A DNA stretch of 49,247 bases from Actinomycetales bacterium (GTDB taxonomy: Bacteria; Actinomycetota; Actinomycetes; Actinomycetales; CAWJMD01), in contig JBBQSN010000002.1 in NCBI GenBank assembly GCA_038213835.1, forward strand, positions 1 to 49,247, read 5' to 3'. Position 1 is the stretch's first letter. The number at the start of each line of letters is the position of its first letter. Made by a program: the position numbers and the translations under genes. This document shows, one piece after another, positions 32,223-42,296 of this stretch. A model generated the notes under the pieces. The model saw nothing but the letters and a program-made list of their open reading frames with translations, was not told the origin of the DNA and did not search any database.

Positions 32223-33662
32223 TCACCCTTGGACGGCCGGCCCGGAGAACAGCGTCGCGTTCTCGGCGGCGTAGGTACCGGCCGCCCAACCCTCGGCGTC
32301 GTTCACTGAGCCCAGGCTGCGCTCCTGGAGCTCGGGGAAGAGCGCCTCGACGGCGTCGTCGACCTCACGACCGCGGTCCGCCAGGACGGCGACCAGGTCG
32401 GTGCCGGGGCCGCGGTGGGCCCGGGTCCCGCCGGACGCCGCCGCGCCGGCCTGGTCGACCTCGGCGTCGACGGCCGCCCGCAGCCGCTGCCCGATCCGGT
32501 GCGAGTAGGCCAGCAGGAACGACTGCCGGAAGGACCGGGTCCGGGACCGCCCGCCGACAGTGGCGCGGGAGCCGTGCCCGGTCATCGCGTGCGTGGCCTG
32601 CACCAACAGGGACAGGTACAGGGTCTCCGTCGCCCTCAGGTCGGCCTCGAAGCCCACCACGGTGGAGAACCCGAGGTGCTTGGACCACACGGTGCGGCAG
32701 CGGTTGGCCCCGGCGACAGCATCCAGCAGCGACGCCTTGGGCGCCTCGTACGGCCGGTCCACCCCCACCCGGCGGGCGATCGGTGCGGCGGCGCGACCGG
32801 GCGGCTCCGACCTCGCCAGCAGGGCCTGGTCGATGCTGTGCCGGGCCATCAGCGACTGGGCCGCCGCGGTGAAGGTCTCGGCCTCCGCCTCGTACGGCGT
32901 CGACTCCGCCTGCGCCAGCAGCGCCCGCACCCGCTCCACCAGCCGGGCCGTCACCCTGGGCTCACCCTGCGAACGCGGCGCCACGGGGGCGCGCCACCGG
33001 CCCGGACGGGCGTCCACCGGGTCGAGGGCAGGGAGCTGGGCCAGCAGGTCGAGCAGGGTCGCGGCGTCGACCAGCACGTCGACCGCGGCACCGGCACCCG
33101 ACAGCCTCGCTGTCAACGGGTCCGTCTCCGGGGGCCACCACACCCGAGCCCGGTGGGAGTCCAGCTGCTCGTGCCAGCGGGGCGACACGGTGGCGGCCGC
33201 GTACCGGGACAGGGACAGGGCGACGAGGTCCGCGGTCAGTTCCACGGCACCCGGCTCGAGCCCCCGAGACACGTGCCGCACGAGGTCGGCCGGCTCCCAG
33301 CCGTGCTCCCAGGCCCACTCGACCTCGCCCGAGAGCCGGCCGAGGAGGTATCTGACCAGCTCGGACGTGGCCCTGCCGCTCGCGAGCACGGCGTGCACCT
33401 CGAACTCGGCGCTCTCGGCCTCCTCGGCGCGCCCCTCGGCACGCATCCGCAGCAGCCGGTGCAGCCAGGAGAGCGACCGCTCGGCCTCCCGGTCAGGTGA
33501 TGACCCGGCCTCGCCGCCGAACCCTGGCCAGGTCTGACCGAAGGCGCTCGGCCAGGCTCCGGTGAACGGCCGCTGCGGTGCGGCCCCACCCTGACGGGCT
33601 GCTCGGTGCTGTGCCTTGGCCCTCGCCTTGGCCTTGCGCCGCTGCTGGTTGTTCCGGCCCAC
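32223..33662 (-). CDS. DUF2786-domain protein (uncharacterised)
   Basis: The central motif VRALLAQAESTPYEAEAETFTAAAQSLMARHSI is typical of DUF2786. The N-terminus is Lys/Arg-rich (NNQQRRKAKARAKAQHRAARQ). GTG 33662 was chosen because further upstream the ORF collides with the ydeP promoter region; the start is uncertain. Confidence 0.6.
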   Translation of the reverse strand: MGRNNQQRRKAKARAKAQHRAARQGGAAPQRPFTGAWPSAFGQTWPGFGGEAGSSPDREAERSLSWLHRLLRMRAEGRAEEAESAEFEVHAVLASGRATSELVRYLLGRLSGEVEWAWEHGWEPADLVRHVSRGLEPGAVELTADLVALSLSRYAAATVSPRWHEQLDSHRARVWWPPETDPLTARLSGAGAAVDVLVDAATLLDLLAQLPALDPVDARPGRWRAPVAPRSQGEPRVTARLVERVRALLAQAESTPYEAEAETFTAAAQSLMARHSIDQALLARSEPPGRAAAPIARRVGVDRPYEAPKASLLDAVAGANRCRTVWSKHLGFSTVVGFEADLRATETLYLSLLVQATHAMTGHGSRATVGGRSRTRSFRQSFLLAYSHRIGQRLRAAVDAEVDQAGAAASGGTRAHRGPGTDLVAVLADRGREVDDAVEALFPELQERSLGSVNDAEGWAAGTYAAENATLFSGPAVQG

Positions 33663-33804
33663 TCGACACCGCCCTCGCCTCGCCTCGCCTCGCCACCGAC
33701 CCGCGAAGCCTGCCAGAGGCGACCGACAGCGGTCACATCGTCGTCCACAGCCTCGGCGCCCCGGTCGACCGACGTGACGCCTCGGCTCGACATAGGGTCC
33801 GGCC

Positions 33805-36204
33805 ATGGTGACCAGGCCCCCCGTCCAGGACGTCGACGACTCCGACCTCGAGGTATCCCCGCCCAAGCGCTCCGCCGCCGGTGTGCCGGCCGTGCTGAAG
33901 GCCCTCAAGATGGGCGTGGACCAGATGGGCGTGGTGCGCACCGCGCGCACCCTGCTCCGGGTGAACCAGGACGACGGCTTCGACTGCCAGGGCTGCGCGT
34001 GGCCCGACCCGCCGGCGGGGCACCGGCACACGGCCGAGTTCTGCGAGAACGGGGCCAAGGCCGTGGCCGAGGAGGCCACGGTGCGCCGCGTCGGCCCGGA
34101 GTTCTTCGCCCAGCACCCGATCTGCGACCTCGCCGAGCGCAGCGACTACTGGCTCGGCCAGCAGGGTCGGCTCACCGACCCGATGGTCCGACGCTCGGGA
34201 TCGGCCCACTACGAGCCGATCTCGTGGGACGACGCCTTCGCGATGGTGGGCAGGCACCTCAATGCCCTCGGCTCGCCGGACGAGGCCGTCTTCTACACCT
34301 CCGGCCGTACCTCCAACGAAGCCGCCTTCGCCTACCAGCTGTTCGCGCGCGCCTACGGCACCAACAACCTGCCGGACTGCTCGAACATGTGCCACGAGTC
34401 CACGTCGGTCGCGCTGGCGGAGACGATCGGCATCGGCAAGGGCAGCGTCTCGCTCGAGGACGTGCACGAGGCCGAGCTGATCGTCATCACCGGCCAGAAC
34501 CCGGGCACGAACCACCCGCGGATGCTGTCCGCGCTGGAGAAGGCGAAGAAGAACGGCGCCAGGATCCTCGCGGTCAACCCGTTGCGCGAGGCCGGGTTGA
34601 CGAGGTTCCACAACCCGCAGACCCCCCAGGGCCTCGTGACCGGTACGACGCTCGCCGACCTGCACCTGCCGGTGCGGGTCAACGGCGACCTCGCGCTGTT
34701 CCAGGCGATCGGGCACCTCGTCCTCACCGCCGAGGACGCCGCGGCCGCGGCCGGTCGCCCCGGCGCCGTCGCCGACCTGGACTTCATCGCCCGGCACACC
34801 ACGGGTTTCGAGGCCTGGGCCGACCACGTGCGCGCGCTCGACTGGGACGTCGTGCTGGAGTCCACCGGCCTGCCGATCGACCAGATCGAGGACGCCGCAG
34901 CGATGTTCCTGGAGGCAGGGTCCGTCGTGCACTGCTGGGCGATGGGCATCACCCAGCACAAGAACGCCGTCGGCACGATCAAGGAGTTCGTCAACCTCGC
35001 TCTGCTCACCGGCGACATCGGCCGTCCCGGTGCCGGTCTGTGCCCTGTGCGCGGCCACTCCAACGTCCAGGGCGACCGGACGATGGGCATCTGGGAGCGC
35101 CCGCCCGTGTGGTTCCTCGACGCCCTTCAGCGCGAGTTCGACTTCGACCCGCCGCGCGAGAACGGCCTCGACACCGTCGACTCGATCCGCGCGCTGCGCG
35201 ACGGGCTGGCGCACGTGTTCGTCGGCATGGGAGGAAACTTCGTCTCCGCCACGCCCGACACCGGGGTCACCGAGGGCGCCCTGCACAAGGCCGCCCTCAC
35301 CGTCCAGGTCTCGACCAAGCTGAACCGCTCGCACGCCGTGTGCGGCGAGGAGGCGTTGATCCTGCCCGCTCTCGGGCGCACCGAGATCGACCGCACCGGG
35401 GGGACCGAGCAGAAGGTCACGGTCGAGGACTCGATGTCGTCGGTGCACGCCTCGCGCGGCCGGCTGGAGCCCGCCTCGAGGAACCTGCGGTCCGAGGTCG
35501 ACATCGTCTGCCGGATCGCGGAGGCCACCCTCGGGGACCGGTACGGCATCGAGTGGTCGGCCTTCCGCACCGACTACACCGCGGTGCGCCACCGCATCGC
35601 CCAGGTCGTGCCGGGCTGCGAGGCCTATGACGAGAAGATCCAGCGCCCGGGGGGTTTCGTCCTCCCGCACCCGCCGCGCGACAACAGGAGCTTCCCGACG
35701 CCGGTCGGCAAGGCGGTCTTCTCGGTGATCCCCGTCGGGGTGCTGCAGGTCCCCGAGGGTCGGTTGCTGCTGCAGACCCTGCGCAGCCACGACCAGTTCA
35801 ACACCACGATCTACGGTCTGGACGACCGCTACCGCGGCATCCACCAGGGGCGGCGGGTGGTGTTCGTCCACCCCGAGGACGTGCGCGACCTCGGGCTGGA
35901 GGACGGCTCGATGGTCGACGTCGTCAGCGAGTGGGAGGACGGCTCGGAACGCACCGTCCGCGACTTCCGCGTCGTGCCGTACTCGACGCCTCGCGGCTGC
36001 GCGGCGGCGTACTTCCCGGAGACCAACCCGCTGATCCCGCTCGACTCCACCGCCGACCACAGCAACACCCCGACGTCCAAGTCGGTGATCGTGCGGCTCG
36101 TCGCACCGGCGGTGGCCGGCGAGCACTCGCACCCCGGCCACGGCGACCCCACCGGCTCGGACGAGAGCCACAAGAGCCACCCGCAGCCGCCGCACATGAG
36201 CTGA
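33805..36204 (+). CDS. FdhF/YdeP-family molybdopterin oxidoreductase
   Basis: 799 aa with N-terminal motifs GFDCQGCAWPDP, TAEFCENGAKAVA and CSNMCHEST. Molybdopterin-oxidoreductase and C-terminal molybdopterin-binding domains follow. Confidence 0.9.
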   Translation: MVTRPPVQDVDDSDLEVSPPKRSAAGVPAVLKALKMGVDQMGVVRTARTLLRVNQDDGFDCQGCAWPDPPAGHRHTAEFCENGAKAVAEEATVRRVGPEFFAQHPICDLAERSDYWLGQQGRLTDPMVRRSGSAHYEPISWDDAFAMVGRHLNALGSPDEAVFYTSGRTSNEAAFAYQLFARAYGTNNLPDCSNMCHESTSVALAETIGIGKGSVSLEDVHEAELIVITGQNPGTNHPRMLSALEKAKKNGARILAVNPLREAGLTRFHNPQTPQGLVTGTTLADLHLPVRVNGDLALFQAIGHLVLTAEDAAAAAGRPGAVADLDFIARHTTGFEAWADHVRALDWDVVLESTGLPIDQIEDAAAMFLEAGSVVHCWAMGITQHKNAVGTIKEFVNLALLTGDIGRPGAGLCPVRGHSNVQGDRTMGIWERPPVWFLDALQREFDFDPPRENGLDTVDSIRALRDGLAHVFVGMGGNFVSATPDTGVTEGALHKAALTVQVSTKLNRSHAVCGEEALILPALGRTEIDRTGGTEQKVTVEDSMSSVHASRGRLEPASRNLRSEVDIVCRIAEATLGDRYGIEWSAFRTDYTAVRHRIAQVVPGCEAYDEKIQRPGGFVLPHPPRDNRSFPTPVGKAVFSVIPVGVLQVPEGRLLLQTLRSHDQFNTTIYGLDDRYRGIHQGRRVVFVHPEDVRDLGLEDGSMVDVVSEWEDGSERTVRDFRVVPYSTPRGCAAAYFPETNPLIPLDSTADHSNTPTSKSVIVRLVAPAVAGEHSHPGHGDPTGSDESHKSHPQPPHMS

Positions 36205-36206
36205 GG

Positions 36207-36276
36207 CCACCGGGCGACCCGCCGACCGGGCGACCGGGCGACCGGGCGACCGGGCGACCGGGCGACCGGGCGACGG
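36207..36276. repeat. 8-bp tandem repeat (CGACCGGG)x6 plus degenerate flanking units
   Basis: There are six perfect CGACCGGG units at 36223-36270. Degenerate units (CACCGGG, CGACCCGC) lie 5' and a partial unit (CGACGG) lies 3'. The array is intergenic, starting 3 nt after the ydeP stop and ending 57 nt before the next ATG. Confidence 0.9.
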
Positions 36277-36332
36277 TCTCGACCTGCGGGGGCGCACGCG
36301 CTTGCTACCGTGCGCCGCAGGAGGCCATCTCG

Positions 36333-37283
36333 ATGTCGATGCCACGCCCCGCCGGTGCTGACCGCGCGGACTCCCCGCCCGGACGAGCGCTGTCCTGGTC
36401 CGCCGTCCGGGCCGCAGCGACCGGCAGCAGCCGGGCGGTCGGCGCGGCTGCTCGGGCGGTGCTGAGCCCGTCCGGGGTCCGGGGTCTGGCCGTCGAGGCG
36501 GTCTGGGGTGCCGCCCACCTGGCCGTCTACCCCCTCGGTCTGGTCCGCGAGCGTCAGCGCGAGCACGACCGCTACCGCCTCGAGGGAATGGGGCCCGCCC
36601 AGCGCGGCCTCCTGGTGGGCGACATCGAGGCCGCCGGGACGCCGATCCTGCTGCTGCACGGCATGGTCGACAACCGGTCCGTCTTCACCGTGCTCCGGCG
36701 CGGGCTGCGCCGTCGGGGCTTCGGCCGGGTGCTGACGTCCAGCTACGCCCCCACCACCAACGACGTCCGGGCTGCTGCCCGGGAGCTCGCCCTCGAGGTC
36801 GAGGAGCTCTGCGAGAGGACCGGGTACGAGCGCATCCACGTGATCGGGCACAGCATGGGCGGCCTCATCGCCCGGTACTACGTGCAGTGCCTGGGCGGTG
36901 ACGCACGGGTCGACACCCTGGTCACCCTCGCCACTCCGCACGCCGGGACCCTCACGGCACACGTGGTGGGCACCACCCTGACCCGCCAGCTGCGGCCCGG
37001 CAGCGACCTGATGCTCGAGCTCGACGCCCCCGTCGAGCGGTGCCGGACACGATTCATCGCCTACTGGTCCGACATCGACCAGATGATCGTGCCCCAGCGT
37101 CGGGCCCGGATCGTGCACCCGGACCTGACGGTGCGCAACCACCTGGTGCGGGGCGCCGGCCACATGTCGCTGCCCGTCTCGCCGCGCCTCGTGCACGAGA
37201 TCGGCTCGGCCCTCAGCCAGCTCCGCGCCGACGGCAGCACCGACACCCGGGGCGTCACGGCCCTGCCCGCCGCCCACGCTTGA
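36333..37283 (+). CDS. alpha/beta hydrolase (lipase/esterase-like)
   Basis: Nucleophile elbow IGHSMGGLI and ILLLHG motif. ATG 36333 has an AGGAGG SD 8 nt upstream and is in frame with ORF 35931..37283. Confidence 0.8.
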   Translation: MSMPRPAGADRADSPPGRALSWSAVRAAATGSSRAVGAAARAVLSPSGVRGLAVEAVWGAAHLAVYPLGLVRERQREHDRYRLEGMGPAQRGLLVGDIEAAGTPILLLHGMVDNRSVFTVLRRGLRRRGFGRVLTSSYAPTTNDVRAAARELALEVEELCERTGYERIHVIGHSMGGLIARYYVQCLGGDARVDTLVTLATPHAGTLTAHVVGTTLTRQLRPGSDLMLELDAPVERCRTRFIAYWSDIDQMIVPQRRARIVHPDLTVRNHLVRGAGHMSLPVSPRLVHEIGSALSQLRADGSTDTRGVTALPAAHA

Positions 37284-37411
37284 GCAGCGCGCGCGGAGCA
37301 GCTGGGGCCGGCGTCGTCGAACGGGTCTCGACCGGCCTCGTCCACCTCTCGGTCGGGCTGGACGTGAACCGCGAGATGCTGCACGCCGCAGAGGTCTTCG
37401 CCACACCTGAG

Positions 37412-39829
37412 TCAGGCGTGGAGCGCGACCGTGAACCCCTCGCCGTCGTCGGCGAACGCGAACCGGCCGTCGAGTGCAGGCACCGGCGCACCGTCGACCA
37501 CGACCGAGGCGGGCGCGGCGCCGTGCACGACCAGCGCCACCCGGGTCCGCCGCAGCTCCGGGAAGCCGTCGCCAGTGACCGTCGCGACCAGCTCGACCCG
37601 GTCGCCGGCACGGGTGACCGCGAACGTCGTCTGCCGGAACGCGCCCTCGCGCACCGCGAGCGTGGTGCCGTCGTCCTCGAACAGGTCCGTCGTGGTCGTC
37701 CCGTCGCGGTCGGGGACGAACAGGTGCAGCTCCACGAGGTCGGGGTGGTGGTCCGTCGTCGAGGCCGGTGCCTGCGCCCACATGGGCACGACGGCACCGG
37801 CCCGCGCGAACAGCGGGATCCGGTCCATCGGCGTCGGTGCCACCACGAACCGGCCTCCCGCGACGAGCTCGTGGGTGTGCCAGTCGTACCAGCCCCCGGC
37901 CGGCAGGTAGACCTGGCGCGCGGTCGCGCCCCGGGCCGTCACCGGGGCGACGAGCAGGTCACGGCCGAACAGGTACTCGTCGTCGACGTCCTTGGCCAGC
38001 GGGTCGTCCTGGTGGTCGAAGACGAGCGGCCGCTGCACCGGTTCACCGGTGCGGGTGGACCGCATGAACGCGCTGTAGACGTACGGCAGCAGCCGGTAGC
38101 GGAGCCGGATCGCCTCGCGCACCAGGTCGAGCACGTGGTCACCGAAGGCCCAGACGTACTGGTCGACGTTACCGATCTCGGAGTGGTTGCGGCAGAACGG
38201 CGTCAGCGTGCCGTACTGCATCCATCGGACGAACAGCTCAGCCTCGGAGTGGCCTTGGAAGCCGCCGACGTCGGCACCGACGAACGGCTGCCCCGACACG
38301 CCCAGGCCCGAGCCCATCGGTATGCCGACGGCGAGATGGTCCCAGCGCGAGCGGTTGTCGCCCATCCAGTTCGCGGCGCAGCGCTGGATGCCCGCCGAGC
38401 CCGCCCGCGAGAGGATGAAGGTGCGCAGCTGCGGCATGGCCGCCAGCAACCCCTCGCGGGTGCCCATCGCCATCAGCAGCGCGTACTGGTTGTGGTAGCG
38501 CTCGTGGGAGTGCTCGCCACGCCCGAAACGCATGCGCTCGGGCGGGATCGTGCCGGTCGCGGGCTCGTTCATGTCGTTCCAGATGCCCGCCAGCCCTGAC
38601 CTCACGTGGGCGGCGTTGAGCTCGCCCCACCACCGGCGTGCCTCCGACGTGACGAAGTCGGGGAACACGGTGTCGCCGGGCCACACCTGCCCGACGTACA
38701 GGTCCCCGCCCTCGGTGCGGCAGAACACGTCACGGTCGCGACCGTCGTCGAAGACCGCGTAGCCCGGCTCGTTCTTCACGCCGGGGTCGACGATCGTGAC
38801 GACCCGAAAGCCCTGCTCCGTCAGCCGCGAGAGCATCCCCTGCGGATCGGGGAAGCGTTCGGCGTCCCAGGTGAAGACCCGGTAGCCGTCCATGTACTCG
38901 ATGTCGAGCCACAGGCCGTCGCAGGGCACGTCGAGCTCCCGGTGGCGCGTGCCGAGCGCCTCGACGTCGTCCTGGGTGTAGGCGGCCCAGCGGCTCTGGT
39001 GGTACCCGAGCGCCCACATCGGCGGAGGTTCCATCCGCCCGGTGAGGGCCGTGTACGCAGTCAGGATCGCCGGCATGCCGGGGCCGCAGAAGACGTACTC
39101 GCGGTAGGCGCCCCCGGCGAACGAGATCCGGTACTCGTCGGGCGAGCCGAGCTCGTAGCTCCCCCGGTACCCGTTGTCGACGAACGAGCCCCCCATCGCA
39201 CCGGACGGCCGCACCTGGTGGTAGAGCAGCGGGACGTTGACGTAGAAGGGGTCGAAGTCGGCGCTGGTGCGATCACCCCGAGGGTCCCCGGGCTCCGTGC
39301 CGGCCTCGAACTCCGCGGCGGAGGTCGGATTCAGCACGTCGACGTTCCAGAGGGTGAAGTCGCGCCCGCGACGGTTGTGCCGACCGCCCTTCTCCCCGAG
39401 ACCGAAGAAGGCGTCGTCGGGACGGCACCGGCGGCGCAGCGTGAACGCGTCGTTCAGCGTGGCGTACGACCAGTACCGCCCCTCGGCGTCGGCAGCCGTC
39501 TCGATCACCGCCGTGCCGTCGGTGCGGTGCACGTCGACCCGGAACGGGTCGAGCCAGAGCGACACCACGAGCTCGGAGGTCCGCAACCTGACGCGCTCCT
39601 CGTCCTGCTCCACCTCGTGGCCGACCTCCGTGGCGAACGGGTCCACGCACACCGCGAAGGTCGGGACGTCGTCGACCAGGCCACCCCGGCTCATCGTCAG
39701 TCGCACCACGTCGACCGCCACGACCTCGACGTGCAGCTGCTCCCCGTGCACGTGCGCCACCACCCCACGCGGCGTGCGGTCGAACGAGGTGACCCGCTCG
39801 AACCGGAGGAAGTGGTCCGTGGGCAGCAT
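37412..39829 (-). CDS. glycoside hydrolase family 31 (alpha-glucosidase/alpha-xylosidase-like)
   Basis: 805 aa with the catalytic region GIWNDMNEP, plus LWLDIEYMD and RNHS motifs. Begins 5 nt downstream of the pcrA stop. Confidence 0.9.
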   Translation of the reverse strand: MLPTDHFLRFERVTSFDRTPRGVVAHVHGEQLHVEVVAVDVVRLTMSRGGLVDDVPTFAVCVDPFATEVGHEVEQDEERVRLRTSELVVSLWLDPFRVDVHRTDGTAVIETAADAEGRYWSYATLNDAFTLRRRCRPDDAFFGLGEKGGRHNRRGRDFTLWNVDVLNPTSAAEFEAGTEPGDPRGDRTSADFDPFYVNVPLLYHQVRPSGAMGGSFVDNGYRGSYELGSPDEYRISFAGGAYREYVFCGPGMPAILTAYTALTGRMEPPPMWALGYHQSRWAAYTQDDVEALGTRHRELDVPCDGLWLDIEYMDGYRVFTWDAERFPDPQGMLSRLTEQGFRVVTIVDPGVKNEPGYAVFDDGRDRDVFCRTEGGDLYVGQVWPGDTVFPDFVTSEARRWWGELNAAHVRSGLAGIWNDMNEPATGTIPPERMRFGRGEHSHERYHNQYALLMAMGTREGLLAAMPQLRTFILSRAGSAGIQRCAANWMGDNRSRWDHLAVGIPMGSGLGVSGQPFVGADVGGFQGHSEAELFVRWMQYGTLTPFCRNHSEIGNVDQYVWAFGDHVLDLVREAIRLRYRLLPYVYSAFMRSTRTGEPVQRPLVFDHQDDPLAKDVDDEYLFGRDLLVAPVTARGATARQVYLPAGGWYDWHTHELVAGGRFVVAPTPMDRIPLFARAGAVVPMWAQAPASTTDHHPDLVELHLFVPDRDGTTTTDLFEDDGTTLAVREGAFRQTTFAVTRAGDRVELVATVTGDGFPELRRTRVALVVHGAAPASVVVDGAPVPALDGRFAFADDGEGFTVALHA

Positions 39830-39834
39830 CGGGC

Positions 39835-42213
39835 TCAGAGCTTCTCGACCGGGGCGTAGCGCAGCAGCAGCCGCTTGCTCCCCTCGGACCGGAAGTCCAC
39901 GTGGGCGACGGTCTTGTCGCCCGTCCCCTCGACCGCCGTGACGGTGCCCATGCCGAAGGTGTCGTGGGTGACCCGGTCACCGGGCTCGAGGTGCAGGATC
40001 GCCCGGTTGCCCGGTGCCCTGACCCCCGGCCGGGCCGCCAGCCGCGCGATCGCGGGGGTCTGCCCCATCCCGCCGAGCCCCGCGGTGATCTCGCGCCGCC
40101 AGGCGACCAGCTGCTCGGGGACGTCGGCGAGGAACCGGCTCGGCGGCCCGTACTGCGGTGCACCCCAGCTGGTGCGCACCGCGGCGCGGGTGAGGTAGAG
40201 CCGCTGGCGGGCCCGGGTGATGCCGACGTACGCGAGCCGCCGCTCCTCGGCGAGCTCGGTGGGGTCGTCGAGCGAGCGCATGTGCGGGAAGGTGCCGTCC
40301 TCCAGGCCGGTGAGGAAGACGACGTCGAACTCCAGGCCCTTGGCGGTGTGCAGCGTCATCAGCGTGACCACGCCCAGGTCGGCCGCCTCCTTCGCCGCAG
40401 CCTCGCGCGCACCGTCGGCGACCGCCTCGTCCGGCACCTGGTCTGCGTCCGCCACCAGCGAGACCTGTTCCAGGAAGTCGGCCAGGGACCCTTGCGGGTT
40501 CGCCGTCTCGTACTCGGACGCGACCGCCGCGAGCTCGGCGAGGTTCTCGATCCGGCCCTCGTCCTGCGGGTCGTGGCTGGCCCGCAGCTCGGCCAGGTAG
40601 CCGGAGCGGTCGAGCACGGCCTCGAGCACGGTCACGGGCCCTGCGCCGGACTCGACCACCGTGCGGAGCTCCTCGATCATCGTGGTGAAGCCGGTGATCG
40701 CCGTCAGCGAGCGGGTGGCGATGCCCGGGGCCTGCTCGGCCCGCAGCAGCGCGGCCGGGAAGCCGATCCGCTCGCGCTCGGCCAGGAACCCGACCATCGC
40801 CTCGGCCCGGTCGCCGATGCCCCGCTTGGGGACGTTGAGGATGCGTCGCAGGTTGACGGTGTCGTCGGGGTTGGCGAGCACCCGCAGGTACGCCAGGGCG
40901 TCCTTGACCTCGCGCCGCTCGTAGAACCGGGTGCCGCCGACGACCTTGTACGGCAGGCCGACCCGCACCAGCACCTCCTCCAGCGCCCGGGACTGCGCGT
41001 TGGTGCGGTAGAACACCGCGACGTCGCCGTACCGGACGCCGTGCTCGTCGTGCAGCCGGTCGATCTCCTCCGCCGCGAACGACGCCTCGTCGTGCTCGTT
41101 GTCGGCCGCGTACCCGACGATCGGCGCTCCTGCGCCGGCGTCGGACCACAGGTTCTTGGGGCGCCGGTCCGGGTTCTTGGAGATGACGGCGTTGGCCGCG
41201 GCGAGGATGTTCTGGGTCGAGCGGTAGTTCTGCTCGAGCAGCACCGTGCGGGCGTGCGGGTAGTCGGCCTCGAACTCGAGGATGTTGCGGATCGTGGCGC
41301 CGCGGAAGGCGTAGATCGACTGGTCGGCGTCGCCGACGACCGTGAGCTCGCCGGGCCCGAGCACGGGGGCGCCGGGCTCGGCGGACAGGCCCGGGGCCGA
41401 GCCCTCGCCACCGACGAGCTCGCGGATCAGCGCGTACTGCGCGTGGTTGGTGTCCTGGTACTCGTCGACCAGCACGTGCCGGAACCGCCGACGGTAGTGC
41501 TCGGCCACCTGCGGGAACGCGCGCAGGACGTTGACCGTGGTCATGATGAGGTCGTCGAAGTCGAGGGCCTGCGCCTGCAGCAGCCGCGCGGTGTACATCG
41601 TGTAGGCCTCGGCGAGGACCTTCTCCTCGGGCGTCTCGGCGCGCGCGGTGAACTCCTCGGCGTCGACCAGCTCGTTCTTCAGCGCGGACACGCGGTGGCT
41701 GAGCTTGCGGGGCGGGTGCTTCTTGGGGTCGAGGTCGAGCTCACGGCAGGCCAGCGCCATCATCCGCTGGGCGTCGGCGGCGTCGTAGATCGAGAAGGTG
41801 GACCGAAGGCCCACGGTCTTCGCCTCGCGACGCAGGATCCGCACGCACGCGCTGTGGAACGTGCTGACCCACATCACCTTCGCACGCGGACCGACGAGCG
41901 AGGAGACCCGCTCGCGCATCTCGCCCGCGGCCTTGTTGGTGAAGGTGATCGCCAGGATCTGCCCCGGCTGGGCGCCGCGGTCGGCCAGCAGGTAGGCGAT
42001 CCGGTGGGTCAGGACCCGGGTCTTGCCCGACCCCGCTCCGGCGACGACGAGCAGCGGGCTCCCGGAGTGCAGGACGGCCTCGCGCTGTGACGGGTTGAGC
42101 CCGCGCAGCAACGCCTCGGCCTGCTCGCGCCGCGCGGCCTGCTGGGCGGCGGCGCCGGTCCGGCGGGAGGGGGGAGGCTCGGGCAGGTCGAGCTCGTCGA
42201 ACAGGGTGCTCAT
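39835..42213 (-). CDS. pcrA: ATP-dependent DNA helicase PcrA/UvrD1
   Basis: LNPSQREAV, Walker A AGAGSGKT, ITFTNKAA, DEYQDTN, YRS and TLHTAKGLEF. ATG 42213 is internal to the long ORF 39835..43926, whose upstream part is Arg/Gly-rich nonsense. Confidence 0.95.
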   Translation of the reverse strand: MSTLFDELDLPEPPPSRRTGAAAQQAARREQAEALLRGLNPSQREAVLHSGSPLLVVAGAGSGKTRVLTHRIAYLLADRGAQPGQILAITFTNKAAGEMRERVSSLVGPRAKVMWVSTFHSACVRILRREAKTVGLRSTFSIYDAADAQRMMALACRELDLDPKKHPPRKLSHRVSALKNELVDAEEFTARAETPEEKVLAEAYTMYTARLLQAQALDFDDLIMTTVNVLRAFPQVAEHYRRRFRHVLVDEYQDTNHAQYALIRELVGGEGSAPGLSAEPGAPVLGPGELTVVGDADQSIYAFRGATIRNILEFEADYPHARTVLLEQNYRSTQNILAAANAVISKNPDRRPKNLWSDAGAGAPIVGYAADNEHDEASFAAEEIDRLHDEHGVRYGDVAVFYRTNAQSRALEEVLVRVGLPYKVVGGTRFYERREVKDALAYLRVLANPDDTVNLRRILNVPKRGIGDRAEAMVGFLAERERIGFPAALLRAEQAPGIATRSLTAITGFTTMIEELRTVVESGAGPVTVLEAVLDRSGYLAELRASHDPQDEGRIENLAELAAVASEYETANPQGSLADFLEQVSLVADADQVPDEAVADGAREAAAKEAADLGVVTLMTLHTAKGLEFDVVFLTGLEDGTFPHMRSLDDPTELAEERRLAYVGITRARQRLYLTRAAVRTSWGAPQYGPPSRFLADVPEQLVAWRREITAGLGGMGQTPAIARLAARPGVRAPGNRAILHLEPGDRVTHDTFGMGTVTAVEGTGDKTVAHVDFRSEGSKRLLLRYAPVEKL

Positions 42214-42296
42214 GTCGCAGCCCACCCTATGCCGGGCCTCGGACGACCCCGACCGGGCCGTCCACGGACCGCGCGCCGTCGTGGCCGACGACCGGA

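Noticed and set aside
33672-33692. CGCCTC x3 hexamer repeat in the DUF2786/ydeP intergenic region
   Set aside because: It is short, low-complexity and GC-rich, within the range expected by chance in this composition.
36207-36276. Possibility that the short tandem repeats (this one and 45191-45229) are CRISPR arrays
   Set aside because: The units are 8 and 13 bp and directly abutting with no spacers, and there are no cas genes in the window.
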